DNA of 64,000 nt from Fidelibacterota bacterium. GTDB lineage: Bacteria > Fidelibacterota > UBA8477 > JABMPR01. The notes below the pieces were generated by a model that was not told where the DNA came from, did not search any database, and saw nothing but the letters and a program-made list of their open reading frames with translations. The translations under genes were made by a program, and so were the position numbers. The stretch spans positions 141-64,140 of the forward strand of contig JAIPGJ010000001.1 of NCBI GenBank assembly GCA_021736185.1. The letters are read 5' to 3'. Every line of letters starts with the position of its first letter. The stretch's first letter is position 1. Below, piece by piece: positions 55,087 through 64,000 of this stretch.

Positions 55087-55973
55087 TTCCAGAAGACGTC
55101 AATCGCCTGTTTCAGGCAATCTACCTCCAGGGGAGTGGATCCCATGAGTTCTCCATCTGGTGTCAGGATTTTGGGTATGCTGGTTTCGATACGGATATGA
55201 CTGGCTTGAAAACACTCGACTTCTGGCATGTGAATATGTTCACCCGTAATAATTTTTGGAAAACTTCTGATCAGACCGATCCTGCTTTTAGGACCAAGAA
55301 TGGTCACATCCAACAGACCATCATCGGTTTTGGCAGCTGGAGCCATGAGGAAGTTGGCGGTGTAGCGCGTGTTTGAGATTTCTACAAACACATTTTCCCT
55401 TTCAATAAGCTGATCATCGATTTCCATTTTCACATGGAAGGGCTTTAATTTGAGAATATGATAGAGACTCCCCAGCGTATATGAAATATTCCCCAAAGCT
55501 TTCATCTTCAGGGCGGTAGCGCCAATATCAGCGACTAAACCCAGCCCCAGTATATTCAAATAGTACCAGGTTTTACCTTCAGTAGTGAAATGACCCACAT
55601 CAAATTTACGGGTATTCCCGGCCTTGATAATGTCCAGTGCAGGCTTCCAGTCATGATGGTGCAAATCCATATCTCTGACAAAGGCGTTGCCGGTTCCCAC
55701 AGGCAAAACCCCAATGGGAATTCGTACGGATGAATCATTACCATAATAGCCGTTAATGACCTCAAAGAGGGTCCCATCACCGCCTGCAGCAATGATACCA
55801 TCGTACTGACTGAAATCCGCCTCCCTGGTGAGGTCAATGCCATGCCCCTGATGCTCGGTGATCAGCATGTCGTATTCAAAGTCAATTTCCTGCAGATAGG
55901 CTTTAATTTGAGGTATAATTTTCCCAGCATGCCCGTGACCTGCCCATGGATTAAAAATGATGAGTTTTTTCAT
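55083..55973 (-). CDS. YegS/DAGK_cat-family lipid kinase
   Basis: IIAAGGDGTLFEVINGY is the diacylglycerol-kinase catalytic-domain GGDGT motif. Its stop overlaps the plsC start. Confidence 0.8.
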   Translation of the reverse strand: MKKLIIFNPWAGHGHAGKIIPQIKAYLQEIDFEYDMLITEHQGHGIDLTREADFSQYDGIIAAGGDGTLFEVINGYYGNDSSVRIPIGVLPVGTGNAFVRDMDLHHHDWKPALDIIKAGNTRKFDVGHFTTEGKTWYYLNILGLGLVADIGATALKMKALGNISYTLGSLYHILKLKPFHVKMEIDDQLIERENVFVEISNTRYTANFLMAPAAKTDDGLLDVTILGPKSRIGLIRSFPKIITGEHIHMPEVECFQASHIRIETSIPKILTPDGELMGSTPLEVDCLKQAIDVFWK

Positions 55974-56248
55974 AAATTCCGCTCTCTTGTTGATAACATT
56001 GAATGTGATTCAATATAGTTGAAAAAGTGTTTCATCTTTGCAGATAATTAAGATAAACGCATTAATAGTGGTCGAGGTCTAAATTGAGGTGAATCTGAAA
56101 TCATCCTTTTCGAGACATCTCTCAAAATAGCGTCATGAGTTTTAAGAATGTTATCTATGCAGGACTTGATTGTCTAGGGCTCTTCATTTAGCTTTCATGG
56201 CTTAATCAACTCTGATGAAGCAAGCTTGATTTAAACGAAGGAAACAGC

Positions 56249-57679
56249 ATGGATCTACAAGCAATACTTTCTGGTATTGACGTAAGAGCCGATTGGATCG
56301 GTCTACGTTACGTCAAGGAAAATACAGGATTTCGACTGGTACGGGATGGCAAACCCGAGGCCAATACAAGAGAATCAAAACAAGGCATTATGGTTGAGGT
56401 ACTGGTGCAAGGTCAGTTTGCATACTATGGAACCAGTCGTCTGGATATGCCGGGTATACAAGCGGCTGCTGAGCGAGCTGTGAAGCTGGCAACTGCGGCA
56501 GCTAAATTTAGCCTGCATTCGTTTGGTGTAGATGCGCGACCCGTAGCCAAAGGAAGTTATCACTCACCCTTTCAGACGGCTGCCGACGCTTTTTCACCTG
56601 GAGAGTTATCAGACTTGCTCATCAAAGCTACCGCTGAATTAAAGATCTCAGATAAGGTGGTAACCACCAATGCCATGGCACGCACTGTGGAGACTGAATC
56701 TCATTTTGTAGCCTCAAATGGGAGCGATGTGGATCAGAAGTATCTCATGGTTTCTGCAGACTATTCAGCCATCGCCCATGAAGGCACGGTCACCCAAAAA
56801 CGAACGGATGGTGGTCTCCTGGCCAAGAGTTATCAGGCTGGCATGGAAGTATTCAACGAAGCAGATGTTCTGGCGCGCTGTCGCAAAATCGGTGCTGAAG
56901 CTGTGGAATTGCTCTCTGCCGAGGAATGCCCCACTGGCACCATGGATCTGGTGCTGGCACCTGATCAGATGATGTTACAGATCCACGAAAGTGTGGGACA
57001 CGCTCTGGAAATTGATCGAATCCTGGGTGATGAACGCAACTATGCCGGTTGGAGCTTTGTCCGCCTTGAAGACTTTGGTAAGCTGCAGTACGGTTCCCCT
57101 CTCATGAACATCACTTTTGATCCCTATGTGGAAAATCAATTTGCCTCCTATGCCTATGATGATGGAGGTCTGAAAGCCGAGAAAGAATTTCTGATTAAAG
57201 ACGGCCTTTTGATTCGCGGGCTGGGTGGCATGGAAAGCCAAATGCGTTCCGGTATCAACGGGGTTGCCAATTTCAGGGCCAGTTCCTGGAATCGTGCCCC
57301 CATCGATAGAATGGCTAATCTCAATCTGGAGCCAGGCACCTCAAGCCATGATGAAATTATCGCCGCAGTTGACAAGGGTGTTTTCATGACATCCAATCGT
57401 TCCTGGTCCATTGATGACTATCGGAACAAATTTCAGTTTGGTTGTGAATATGGCAAACTCATTGAAAATGGGAAACTGACTAAAACAGTCAAAAACCCGA
57501 ATTACCGTGCCATCTCCAACCCCTTCTGGCGGAGCCTGAAAATGTTGGGAAACAAAGATACCTTTGAAGTCTACGGAACGCCCTTCTGTGGCAAGGGTGA
57601 ACCCAACCAGATCATTCGTGTCGGACACGCCAGCCCATTATGTCTGTTTGAAGGTGTGGAGATATTTGGTGGTGCCTAA
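56249..57679 (+). CDS. tldD: TldD-family metalloprotease (peptidase U62)
   Basis: HESVGHALE is the HExxxH zinc motif of TldD. The C-terminal Gly-rich region is conserved. Confidence 0.85.
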   Translation: MDLQAILSGIDVRADWIGLRYVKENTGFRLVRDGKPEANTRESKQGIMVEVLVQGQFAYYGTSRLDMPGIQAAAERAVKLATAAAKFSLHSFGVDARPVAKGSYHSPFQTAADAFSPGELSDLLIKATAELKISDKVVTTNAMARTVETESHFVASNGSDVDQKYLMVSADYSAIAHEGTVTQKRTDGGLLAKSYQAGMEVFNEADVLARCRKIGAEAVELLSAEECPTGTMDLVLAPDQMMLQIHESVGHALEIDRILGDERNYAGWSFVRLEDFGKLQYGSPLMNITFDPYVENQFASYAYDDGGLKAEKEFLIKDGLLIRGLGGMESQMRSGINGVANFRASSWNRAPIDRMANLNLEPGTSSHDEIIAAVDKGVFMTSNRSWSIDDYRNKFQFGCEYGKLIENGKLTKTVKNPNYRAISNPFWRSLKMLGNKDTFEVYGTPFCGKGEPNQIIRVGHASPLCLFEGVEIFGGA

Positions 57680-57736
57680 AAGATTCACCGAAGAACGCAC
57701 GCTTCTGATAGCTGAAAATATTTATTGAGGTACCCA

Positions 57737-59059
57737 ATGGAAAAATTATTTAAAGAAATTAACCAGACAATTATGGCCGAACTCCGCGATGGAGAATGTC
57801 TGGGCTTAGGTTTTGGAGGAGAGCAATCTACCTTTACTCGAATCAATGCAGCCAAAGTCAGACAAATAGGCAATGTTGATGAAGCTGATCTCGGTTTTAA
57901 TCTTATTCTAAATGGCAGAAGAACCACAGGTAGCATCTCTCTCTCGGGTGACCTTAAAGAGGATCTCAGCAGAGCACGAGGAGAACTAGAACGATTACGG
58001 GCTGAGGTGGTTCAACTGCCAGAAGATCCATATCTGGTTCTCCCTGAAAGCAAAGAAACCAGCAGAAGCGAAAAACAAGGCAAGCTGCCTGACGCTGAAG
58101 CGATTCCTGGTATCTTGTTACCGGCCATGGGCGATGTTGATCTAACAGGTATCTGGGCTTCAGGTCGTGTTTTTCAAGGGAGCGCCAATTCTGCAGGTGG
58201 CTATCACTGGTTTGCTTCAGATTCTTTCTCCCTGGATTATTCACTCATCACTCCCTCCGAAAAAATGGTGAAAGCAACCTATGCTGGTACAGAATGGGAT
58301 CAGGCTGCCTATGAGGCTTTTCTAGGCGATTCGATTACCAAGCTGGAACTCATGTCCCTGCCACCTAAAAAGATCGAACCAGGGGCTTACAGGACCTTTA
58401 TTGCTTCCGCAGGTGTGTCTGATATCCTCTCCATGTTCTCCTGGGGTGGAGTCTCTGAAGCCTCCATTCGTCAGAGCGAAAGCTGTCTGGGTAAAATGCG
58501 GAATGAAAATGTCAAACTGAGTCATTTGTTTACTTTATCAGAAGACTTTAGCTCTGGTTTTGCACCGCGGTTTAATGGGAACGGGGAAGTGGCCCCGGAA
58601 AAAACCCTCCTCATCACCAGGGGTGAATTGACTCACACTCTGGTGAGTAGCCGAACGGCCAAGGAATATGGTGTCGAATCGAATTTTGCTGCTGAAGGGG
58701 AGAGTATGCGTGCTCCCTCAATGACCCCAGGTTCCTTAAAAGAAGAGGATATCCTCGCAACCCTGGGCACGGGTGTATATCTTTCTAATCTTCATTATCT
58801 GAATTGGAGCGATATGATCGGTGGCCGTATCACGGGAATGACTCGCTATGCCTGCTTCTGGGTGGAAGATGGTAAAATTGTAGCTCCCATTGAGAATATG
58901 CGTTTTGATGATAGCATTTATAGCTTTCTTGGAGACAATCTGGAAGCAATTACCGAGAAACAACATATCAATCCTGATGTGGGAACCTATGATGGGCGAG
59001 AGCTCAGTGCCGTCGTATGTCCCGGAATTTTATTAAAATCATTTTCACTAACATTATAG
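57737..59059 (+). CDS. pmbA: PmbA/TldE-family partner protein
   Basis: Homologous to the upstream gene over its length but lacks the HExxxH motif. ATG 57737 follows GAGG. The ORF track starts at TTG 57725. Confidence 0.75.
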   Translation: MEKLFKEINQTIMAELRDGECLGLGFGGEQSTFTRINAAKVRQIGNVDEADLGFNLILNGRRTTGSISLSGDLKEDLSRARGELERLRAEVVQLPEDPYLVLPESKETSRSEKQGKLPDAEAIPGILLPAMGDVDLTGIWASGRVFQGSANSAGGYHWFASDSFSLDYSLITPSEKMVKATYAGTEWDQAAYEAFLGDSITKLELMSLPPKKIEPGAYRTFIASAGVSDILSMFSWGGVSEASIRQSESCLGKMRNENVKLSHLFTLSEDFSSGFAPRFNGNGEVAPEKTLLITRGELTHTLVSSRTAKEYGVESNFAAEGESMRAPSMTPGSLKEEDILATLGTGVYLSNLHYLNWSDMIGGRITGMTRYACFWVEDGKIVAPIENMRFDDSIYSFLGDNLEAITEKQHINPDVGTYDGRELSAVVCPGILLKSFSLTL

Positions 59060-59065
59060 GTGCCT

Positions 59066-59986
59066 ATGTCAAAGTCTGATTCCAAACATCGCTATTTACT
59101 CATTGTTAATCCCGAAGCAGGATCTCGCTCAACCATGAGGGCATTGCCAGAAATTGATCGCCTCATGCGGGTTCATAAAGCCGAGTTTGAATTTCATTTT
59201 ACCCAGGAGCGGGACCACGCAACTGAATTGGTTAAAGAAATCGGCGCCGACTTTGACGTGATCGTCTCAGTGGGGGGAGATGGCACCATCAATGAAATTG
59301 TTAATGGGATGCCAGACCTTAATAAGCCATTAGGTATATTGCCCATCGGAACGGGAAATGATTTCGCCCGGAGTTGTTCCATGAAAATAGGTGATTTGGA
59401 ATCTGCAGTGGACGTCCTCCTGGCCCACGATATAAAAACAATAGATGTGGGTGAAGTCAATGGCCGCAGGTTTGTCAATGTCATGGGACTTGGCTTTGAA
59501 GGCAGAGCGAATGACATAGGGAAAATGTTACCCCATTTACACGGCACCCCGAAATATCTTATTGCTATTGGTGGTACCTATCTCAGCTACAGACGGATGC
59601 CCCTCCGAATCAAATTCAATGAGATCGTCATTGACGAGAAGGTCTTTCTACTGAGCATCGGGAATGGCTGGAATGTGGGGGGGGGATTACAGCTGACTCC
59701 CAAAGCCGTTATGGATGATGGCATGTTTGATGTGGGATATTTGCAAAACATCTCGCGCTTCAGAATCCTTCAGGTCTTTTCCAAACTATATGATGGGACC
59801 ATTGATACGGTTCCGGAAGTTGAGATGTACCAGACCACGGAATTGACCATTGAAAGTGATCGGCCCATACCGGCCCATATCGATGGGGAGGCCTTTGATC
59901 CGGTTCAGACATCGTTTAAAATTCATCTGATACCCCAGGCCCAGGAGATCATTGGAAACTGGTCAGCAGATACAAGATTTGGTTAA
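59066..59986 (+). CDS. Second YegS/DAGK_cat-family lipid kinase
   Basis: VSVGGDGTINEIVNG motif. Contains a G9 homopolymer at 59677-59685. Confidence 0.8.
   Translation: MSKSDSKHRYLLIVNPEAGSRSTMRALPEIDRLMRVHKAEFEFHFTQERDHATELVKEIGADFDVIVSVGGDGTINEIVNGMPDLNKPLGILPIGTGNDFARSCSMKIGDLESAVDVLLAHDIKTIDVGEVNGRRFVNVMGLGFEGRANDIGKMLPHLHGTPKYLIAIGGTYLSYRRMPLRIKFNEIVIDEKVFLLSIGNGWNVGGGLQLTPKAVMDDGMFDVGYLQNISRFRILQVFSKLYDGTIDTVPEVEMYQTTELTIESDRPIPAHIDGEAFDPVQTSFKIHLIPQAQEIIGNWSADTRFG
59677..59685 (+). repeat. G9 homopolymeric tract inside a coding sequence
   Basis: ggggggggg encodes GGG in NGWNVGGGLQL of the lipid kinase. Confidence 0.9.
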
Positions 59987-60029
59987 TAGGTTTAATTATT
60001 GTAACGAAATAAATATAGAGGTGAGTTTC

Positions 60030-60929
60030 ATGAGACGTTTTTTGATCGTAGCATTGGTGTTGACCATTGGCAGTCAATTGCTGATAGGGCAAGAGCTAAA
60101 GCCATATACCATGGGGGCTCAAAGCACTGAAGGTCTGGATGTGGTACGGGAAAAGACCAGTCAAGCGCTTGTGGCTGCAGGATTTACTGTTCTGGGTGAA
60201 TATCAACCTGCCATGGATGAAACCAGGTGGGTTTATGTGGTTAATTCAAACGAATTGGTAGAGGCAGTTCAGGAAGTTGGCGGGCTTGCCGGCTTTGCCA
60301 CGGCTTTACGGGTAGGGCTGACCTTTGAAAATGGTGTCGTCAACATCTCCTATACAAATCCTATCTACCTGGGGAATGCTTATTTCCAGAAACGTTATTC
60401 CGATGTTGAAGATAAATTCTTGAAGGTCCAGGAAAAACTGAAACAAGCCATGACCGGTTTGGGAACAGTGCAGGATCAACCCTTTGGTGCTGAAAAGGGG
60501 CTGACGCCCAAAGCACTCAGCCATTACCATTATATGTTTGGTATGGAATATTTTGAGGATGTGGTTGAGCTAACCACTTTTTCAAAGTACTCTGTGGGAA
60601 AAAGCATTATTGAATCCAAACTGTCCAAGGGCGGCGATACCAAGCTGGTTTATGCATACGAAGTGCCTGGTAAAGATTTAAAGCTTTATGGCATTGCCCT
60701 GAGTGGTGAAACCGGCGAAGAACATTTCATGCCAATTATCGATATTGGCACTCCCAAGCATACTGCATTTTTACCTTATGAAATACTTCTCATGGGTAAT
60801 ACCGCTGTGATGATGCATGGTCGTTTTCGAATTGCTTTATCTTTTCCTGATTTGACCATGGGCACCTTTTCAAAAATCATGTCTACACCCGGTGATATAG
60901 AAGATTTGATGCGGAGTGTTACCGAGTAG
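60030..60929 (+). CDS. Hypothetical secreted protein
   Basis: GAGGTGA ribosome-binding site before ATG 60030. N-terminal signal peptide MRRFLIVALVLTIGSQLLIG. No recognised motif. Confidence 0.5.
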   Translation: MRRFLIVALVLTIGSQLLIGQELKPYTMGAQSTEGLDVVREKTSQALVAAGFTVLGEYQPAMDETRWVYVVNSNELVEAVQEVGGLAGFATALRVGLTFENGVVNISYTNPIYLGNAYFQKRYSDVEDKFLKVQEKLKQAMTGLGTVQDQPFGAEKGLTPKALSHYHYMFGMEYFEDVVELTTFSKYSVGKSIIESKLSKGGDTKLVYAYEVPGKDLKLYGIALSGETGEEHFMPIIDIGTPKHTAFLPYEILLMGNTAVMMHGRFRIALSFPDLTMGTFSKIMSTPGDIEDLMRSVTE

Positions 60930-60949
60930 TGATCCTGCGGGGCTGAAGC

Positions 60950-61687
60950 TTAATGTGAATGGGGATGTCGCGTCAGGGAATGGGGCACTTCCAGCTTATG
61001 GCTTTCCATTAATTGCACATCTCCAAGAATTTCATCAGGTTTACCCATCTTTATAATCTGACCTTCATCAAGTAGGATCATCTGTGTACAAGTCTCCAAT
61101 ACCAGCTCCAGATCATGGGTGGCCAGAATCATAGTCCCTGTCATTTTATGAAACAGATCGATAAAATTACGACGCCCATATGGGTCCAGCTCACGAGATG
61201 GTTCATCAAACAGTGTGATATCAGAACGTCGTGCCAGCGCCGTGGCGATGCACACCTTTCGGCGTTCTCCATAACTGAGGTGATGAGCTGATCGTTGCTC
61301 ATATCCCTCAAGTGAGACTTGAGAAAGAGCCGCTTGCCCTCGTTCCAGAGCCATCTTATCGTCAAGACCGAGTGTGTCTAAGCCAAAACAGACATCTTCA
61401 ATAACCGTGGGCATGAATAACATTTCGTCGGGGTTCTGAAAGACAAAGCTCATGTGCTCCCTGAGGCTATCCGCGTTTTTCGCTGTCAGGGGAGCATGAT
61501 TGATCAGGATTTCCCCCTGGGTCTGGAGCAATCCGGCAATGGCCAATAGCAAGGATGTCTTGCCAGCTCCATTGGGACCTACCAGAGCGGTTCTCGAACC
61601 CGTTTCCAGCTGGAAATCAAGACCTTTAAGTGCTGGAACGCCATCACTGTAGGTATAGCTAAGTCCCTTAACAGAGAGTTGACTCAT
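60950..61687 (-). CDS. cbiO: ECF/ABC transporter ATPase component
   Basis: GPNGAGKTS Walker A, LSYGERRKV ABC signature, ITLFDEPSRELD Walker B. Confidence 0.8.
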   Translation of the reverse strand: MSQLSVKGLSYTYSDGVPALKGLDFQLETGSRTALVGPNGAGKTSLLLAIAGLLQTQGEILINHAPLTAKNADSLREHMSFVFQNPDEMLFMPTVIEDVCFGLDTLGLDDKMALERGQAALSQVSLEGYEQRSAHHLSYGERRKVCIATALARRSDITLFDEPSRELDPYGRRNFIDLFHKMTGTMILATHDLELVLETCTQMILLDEGQIIKMGKPDEILGDVQLMESHKLEVPHSLTRHPHSH

Positions 61688-62325
61688 GGAAAATCTCCGG
61701 TAAAACCCCTCATTTGCATGGCCTGGTACACATGCTCAGCTCGTTCATAACTTCGCACGAGTAGCATGCCGATCATGTTTGTGTAGACCCTGATCCGTTT
61801 CCAACCTGAAACAGAACTATGTCTCATGTGTACAGCTCGCTCCAAAGCCTCAATTTCACCCATGAGGAGGAAAAAGTAGCGATACATAAAAGAAAGAATA
61901 ATGATAAATAAACGGGGTGTTCCCCAGCGGGATAATTGCTTAAGAATCTCATGGAAAGGCGTGGTAGAAGTGAGCAACAACAGAGTAAATATACTTAACA
62001 AGGATTTTACTGTGGTCTCAATCATTTGAGCAAAAGAAAAATTTCCTGACACATAATTAACAAAAACAATGAGGACCGAAAAGGGCAGGACCAATGCAGA
62101 ACGGGAAAGCAGAAAGGAAAAGGGTACACTTGAACTCAGCGTGATCAAAACCATAATTGCCGAATAGATCAGTAGTCCGGCCCAGATTTGGGGTGGATTC
62201 AGAAGAGGGATCACAAACAGAAGCGCAATCAGGCAGACAGAAACCCCCAGTATCTTCGTTGCGGGGGAGCGTTTATGAAGGGGACTGTCAAGTCTCGAAT
62301 AACGATCTATAAAGGCATGATTCAT
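61684..62325 (-). CDS. cbiQ: ECF transporter T component (CbiQ/EcfT-like)
   Basis: About five TM helices. Its position between cbiM and cbiO and the overlapping stop/start codons fit the CbiMQO arrangement. Confidence 0.7.
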   Translation of the reverse strand: MNHAFIDRYSRLDSPLHKRSPATKILGVSVCLIALLFVIPLLNPPQIWAGLLIYSAIMVLITLSSSVPFSFLLSRSALVLPFSVLIVFVNYVSGNFSFAQMIETTVKSLLSIFTLLLLTSTTPFHEILKQLSRWGTPRLFIIILSFMYRYFFLLMGEIEALERAVHMRHSSVSGWKRIRVYTNMIGMLLVRSYERAEHVYQAMQMRGFTGDFP

Positions 62326-62933
62326 GCGGTGCTTTCTAATAATTCAGGCTTGATCTTCTTGAGAAATTCCAGAATAAACATGCTTGCAACACCCTCTATT
62401 GTTCCCGTTATCCCGTAGATCAGCAACATGGTTGCAAAAGCGCTTGATAAATCCAACATGCCTGATAAAGCCAGTTCCAGAGCACAAAAACTGGCTGAAA
62501 CCACTCCGGAAAGGAGTCCGGCAACAATCAGCGATGCTCGGCGCCCGGGGATGAAGCGATAGATTCCATATCCCAGAAAGCATCCCACAACGCCCATATT
62601 CAGAATATTAGCACCCAAACTGAGCATCCCACCATGTTGAAATAACAATGCCAGGGCAAAAAGGGAAATGGTCATAATGAGAAAACCTGCCAGAGGACCA
62701 ACCAGAATTGAGATCAGCAGGGCTCCGGTGAGATGAATGGAGGTGCCAATACCTATTGGGAAGCTGAACAATTGTATCATAAAAACGAAGCTGGCCAATA
62801 AACCCAGCAGAGGGATTTGTTCTGGTCGAATGGATTGGTTTACTTTTTTAAGGCTGTATACCAGCGTGAGACCGGAGACGCCTGCAGTAGCCAGGGTTAC
62901 GGGTGTATTTAAAAATCCATCAGGAATATGCAT
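62322..62933 (-). CDS. cbiM: Cobalt/nickel ECF substrate-capture component CbiM/NikM
   Basis: The N-terminal MHIPDGFL is the hallmark metal-binding start of CbiM/NikM. The ORF track extends to 62972, but His2 is required at the N-terminus. Confidence 0.85.
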   Translation of the reverse strand: MHIPDGFLNTPVTLATAGVSGLTLVYSLKKVNQSIRPEQIPLLGLLASFVFMIQLFSFPIGIGTSIHLTGALLISILVGPLAGFLIMTISLFALALLFQHGGMLSLGANILNMGVVGCFLGYGIYRFIPGRRASLIVAGLLSGVVSASFCALELALSGMLDLSSAFATMLLIYGITGTIEGVASMFILEFLKKIKPELLESTA

Positions 62934-63360
62934 GGCGATTTCTTTTGCGCTGGATATAAAAATACCAGACACTGAAAATGAACAGGATGTATCCCAACCC
63001 GGAAACGATTCTCTGGAAACGTGATGGTCCTGGGGTCTCAGGAGTGTTCAGGCTAACCTCATCCACTGGGAATTGAATGACCTGACCATGTCCCAGGCCG
63101 TCTGAGACTTTTATCGTCCAGGAGCCGGTGGTGTCCGGTTTAAACATGAACACGCCATTTTCATCGGTCATGCCAGCTTGAAATTCAATTTCTGACTCGC
63201 CTGGTCTGAAAATTTCTACATCAGCAAAAGTCATGGGATCCTGATTGTCATACGTGATGAGAATACCCACACCCCAGTGCAATTCCTGATATTCAACACC
63301 ATGAGCAAGCAGGGTGGAACAAGTCAGGGTCAGGAGAACAAACTGGATTATTGAACGCAT
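62920..63360 (-). CDS. Periplasmic beta-rich accessory protein with C-terminal TM anchor (NikK/NikL- or DUF4198-like)
   Basis: ATG 63360 follows GAGGAG. Signal peptide cleaved before HGVEY. C-terminal hydrophobic helix plus KRNRH. Located directly upstream of cbiM. Confidence 0.45.
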   Translation of the reverse strand: MRSIIQFVLLTLTCSTLLAHGVEYQELHWGVGILITYDNQDPMTFADVEIFRPGESEIEFQAGMTDENGVFMFKPDTTGSWTIKVSDGLGHGQVIQFPVDEVSLNTPETPGPSRFQRIVSGLGYILFIFSVWYFYIQRKRNRHAYS

Positions 63361-63361
63361 T

Positions 63362-63988
63362 TTACTCCTCGATATACACTGAATAGGAGGCCGTCTGTCG
63401 CCTGAAATGACAGATGAGAACGTGAAAACCTGCTTGAGCAGGAGTGAAGGCACTTATACCCTCACGATCCATGATCAGTGATCTTTCCGACCCATCAGGT
63501 GCCAGCAGAGTCAACGGAACTTTTACTGGATCAGCACTTGCAAAAACGCTAAATGAAGTCCCTGAACCGGCAGGCATGATCTCAAGTTCCTGTGTAGGTG
63601 CCAGTGGGGAATCCAGTTCTGGGGACCCAACTCGAACCTGCGTTTTCAAAAGGTAAATGGAGGGACCCTTATTGCGTTTCCGAAGATTGACGAGGATGGT
63701 ATATGTACCTGGAGTCATCGTCTGAAAATATGCGATATGCTCATTCCCACTGGCATGTAGCTGGATGGGTTCCTGTGTATTATCTGGTCTGATGATCAGG
63801 GCGGTCTGGATGAGTTGGGTATCAATTAAAAATTCACTGTTACCCGGGGAATGGCCGCTTCTCAAGGTGACACCAATGGAATCACCTATGGCGTAGCTTG
63901 GTGATTCAGTATACAACCAGTGTTCATGCGCCCAAAGACCCACGGTCATGACTAAAAGCGAAACGAGAGTTCGGGTGGAAAAGTTCAT
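63362..63988 (-). CDS. Periplasmic accessory protein (NikK/DUF4198-like)
   Basis: Signal peptide cleaved before HEHWLY, a mature N-terminal His like that reported for DUF4198 metal-binding proteins. Its stop abuts the downstream start. Confidence 0.45.
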   Translation of the reverse strand: MNFSTRTLVSLLVMTVGLWAHEHWLYTESPSYAIGDSIGVTLRSGHSPGNSEFLIDTQLIQTALIIRPDNTQEPIQLHASGNEHIAYFQTMTPGTYTILVNLRKRNKGPSIYLLKTQVRVGSPELDSPLAPTQELEIMPAGSGTSFSVFASADPVKVPLTLLAPDGSERSLIMDREGISAFTPAQAGFHVLICHFRRQTASYSVYIEE

Positions 63989-64000
63989 GATCTAGAAGCG

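Noticed and set aside
1-64000. Search for tRNA, rRNA, CRISPR, integrase/transposase or prophage signatures.
   Set aside because: No cloverleaf-compatible segments were seen in intergenic regions. No repeat-spacer arrays, no recombinase-like translations in any frame of the ORF track. The window appears to be core chromosome.

Overview
This 64-kb window reads as a chromosomal segment from a Gram-negative anaerobe or microaerophile. The host is probably a non-Bacteroidetes member of the FCB group: two large secreted proteins end in classic T9SS C-terminal sorting domains, and most genes have GGAGG-type Shine-Dalgarno sites. Coding density is high and genes are mostly co-directional in blocks. 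I saw no rRNA, tRNA, CRISPR array or obvious mobile element.

Gene content in order:
- a cluster of three multiheme c-type cytochromes with 6, 12 and 7 CxxCH motifs
- a membrane-embedded spermidine-synthase-fold protein
- two tandem small secreted paralogs
- a degenerate GGDEF remnant
- a 1679-aa M6 (InhA-like) metalloprotease with fibronectin-type-III-like repeats and a T9SS C-terminal domain
- hemerythrin, and an XRE-HTH regulator paired with a small membrane protein
- a complete pyruvate dehydrogenase operon (aceE-aceF-lpd) followed by CAT-family and GNAT acetyltransferases
- a T9SS-cargo phosphodiester glycosidase and an outer-membrane beta-barrel
- a Hyb-type [NiFe] hydrogenase operon (hybOABCD)
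- a monoheme cytochrome c
- two tandem two-domain SDR paralogs
- an archaemetzincin
- a two-component system in which the histidine kinase carries a CxxCH heme motif in its periplasmic sensor and the response regulator is sigma54-dependent
- directly upstream of that two-component system, the most unusual locus: three GcvH-fold proteins (two membrane-tethered, one Cys-rich and soluble) around an NrfC/NrfD-like FeS plus quinone-membrane module, with no recognisable catalytic subunit
- an S1/P1 nuclease and a patatin
- a MATE transporter
- a 7TM-sensor diguanylate cyclase
- a transglutaminase-like protein
- PlsC and two YegS-like lipid kinases flanking TldD/PmbA
- an ECF-type CbiMQO transporter with two extra periplasmic components

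All calls rest on motifs read directly from the supplied translations and nucleotide sequence. No database searches were possible.
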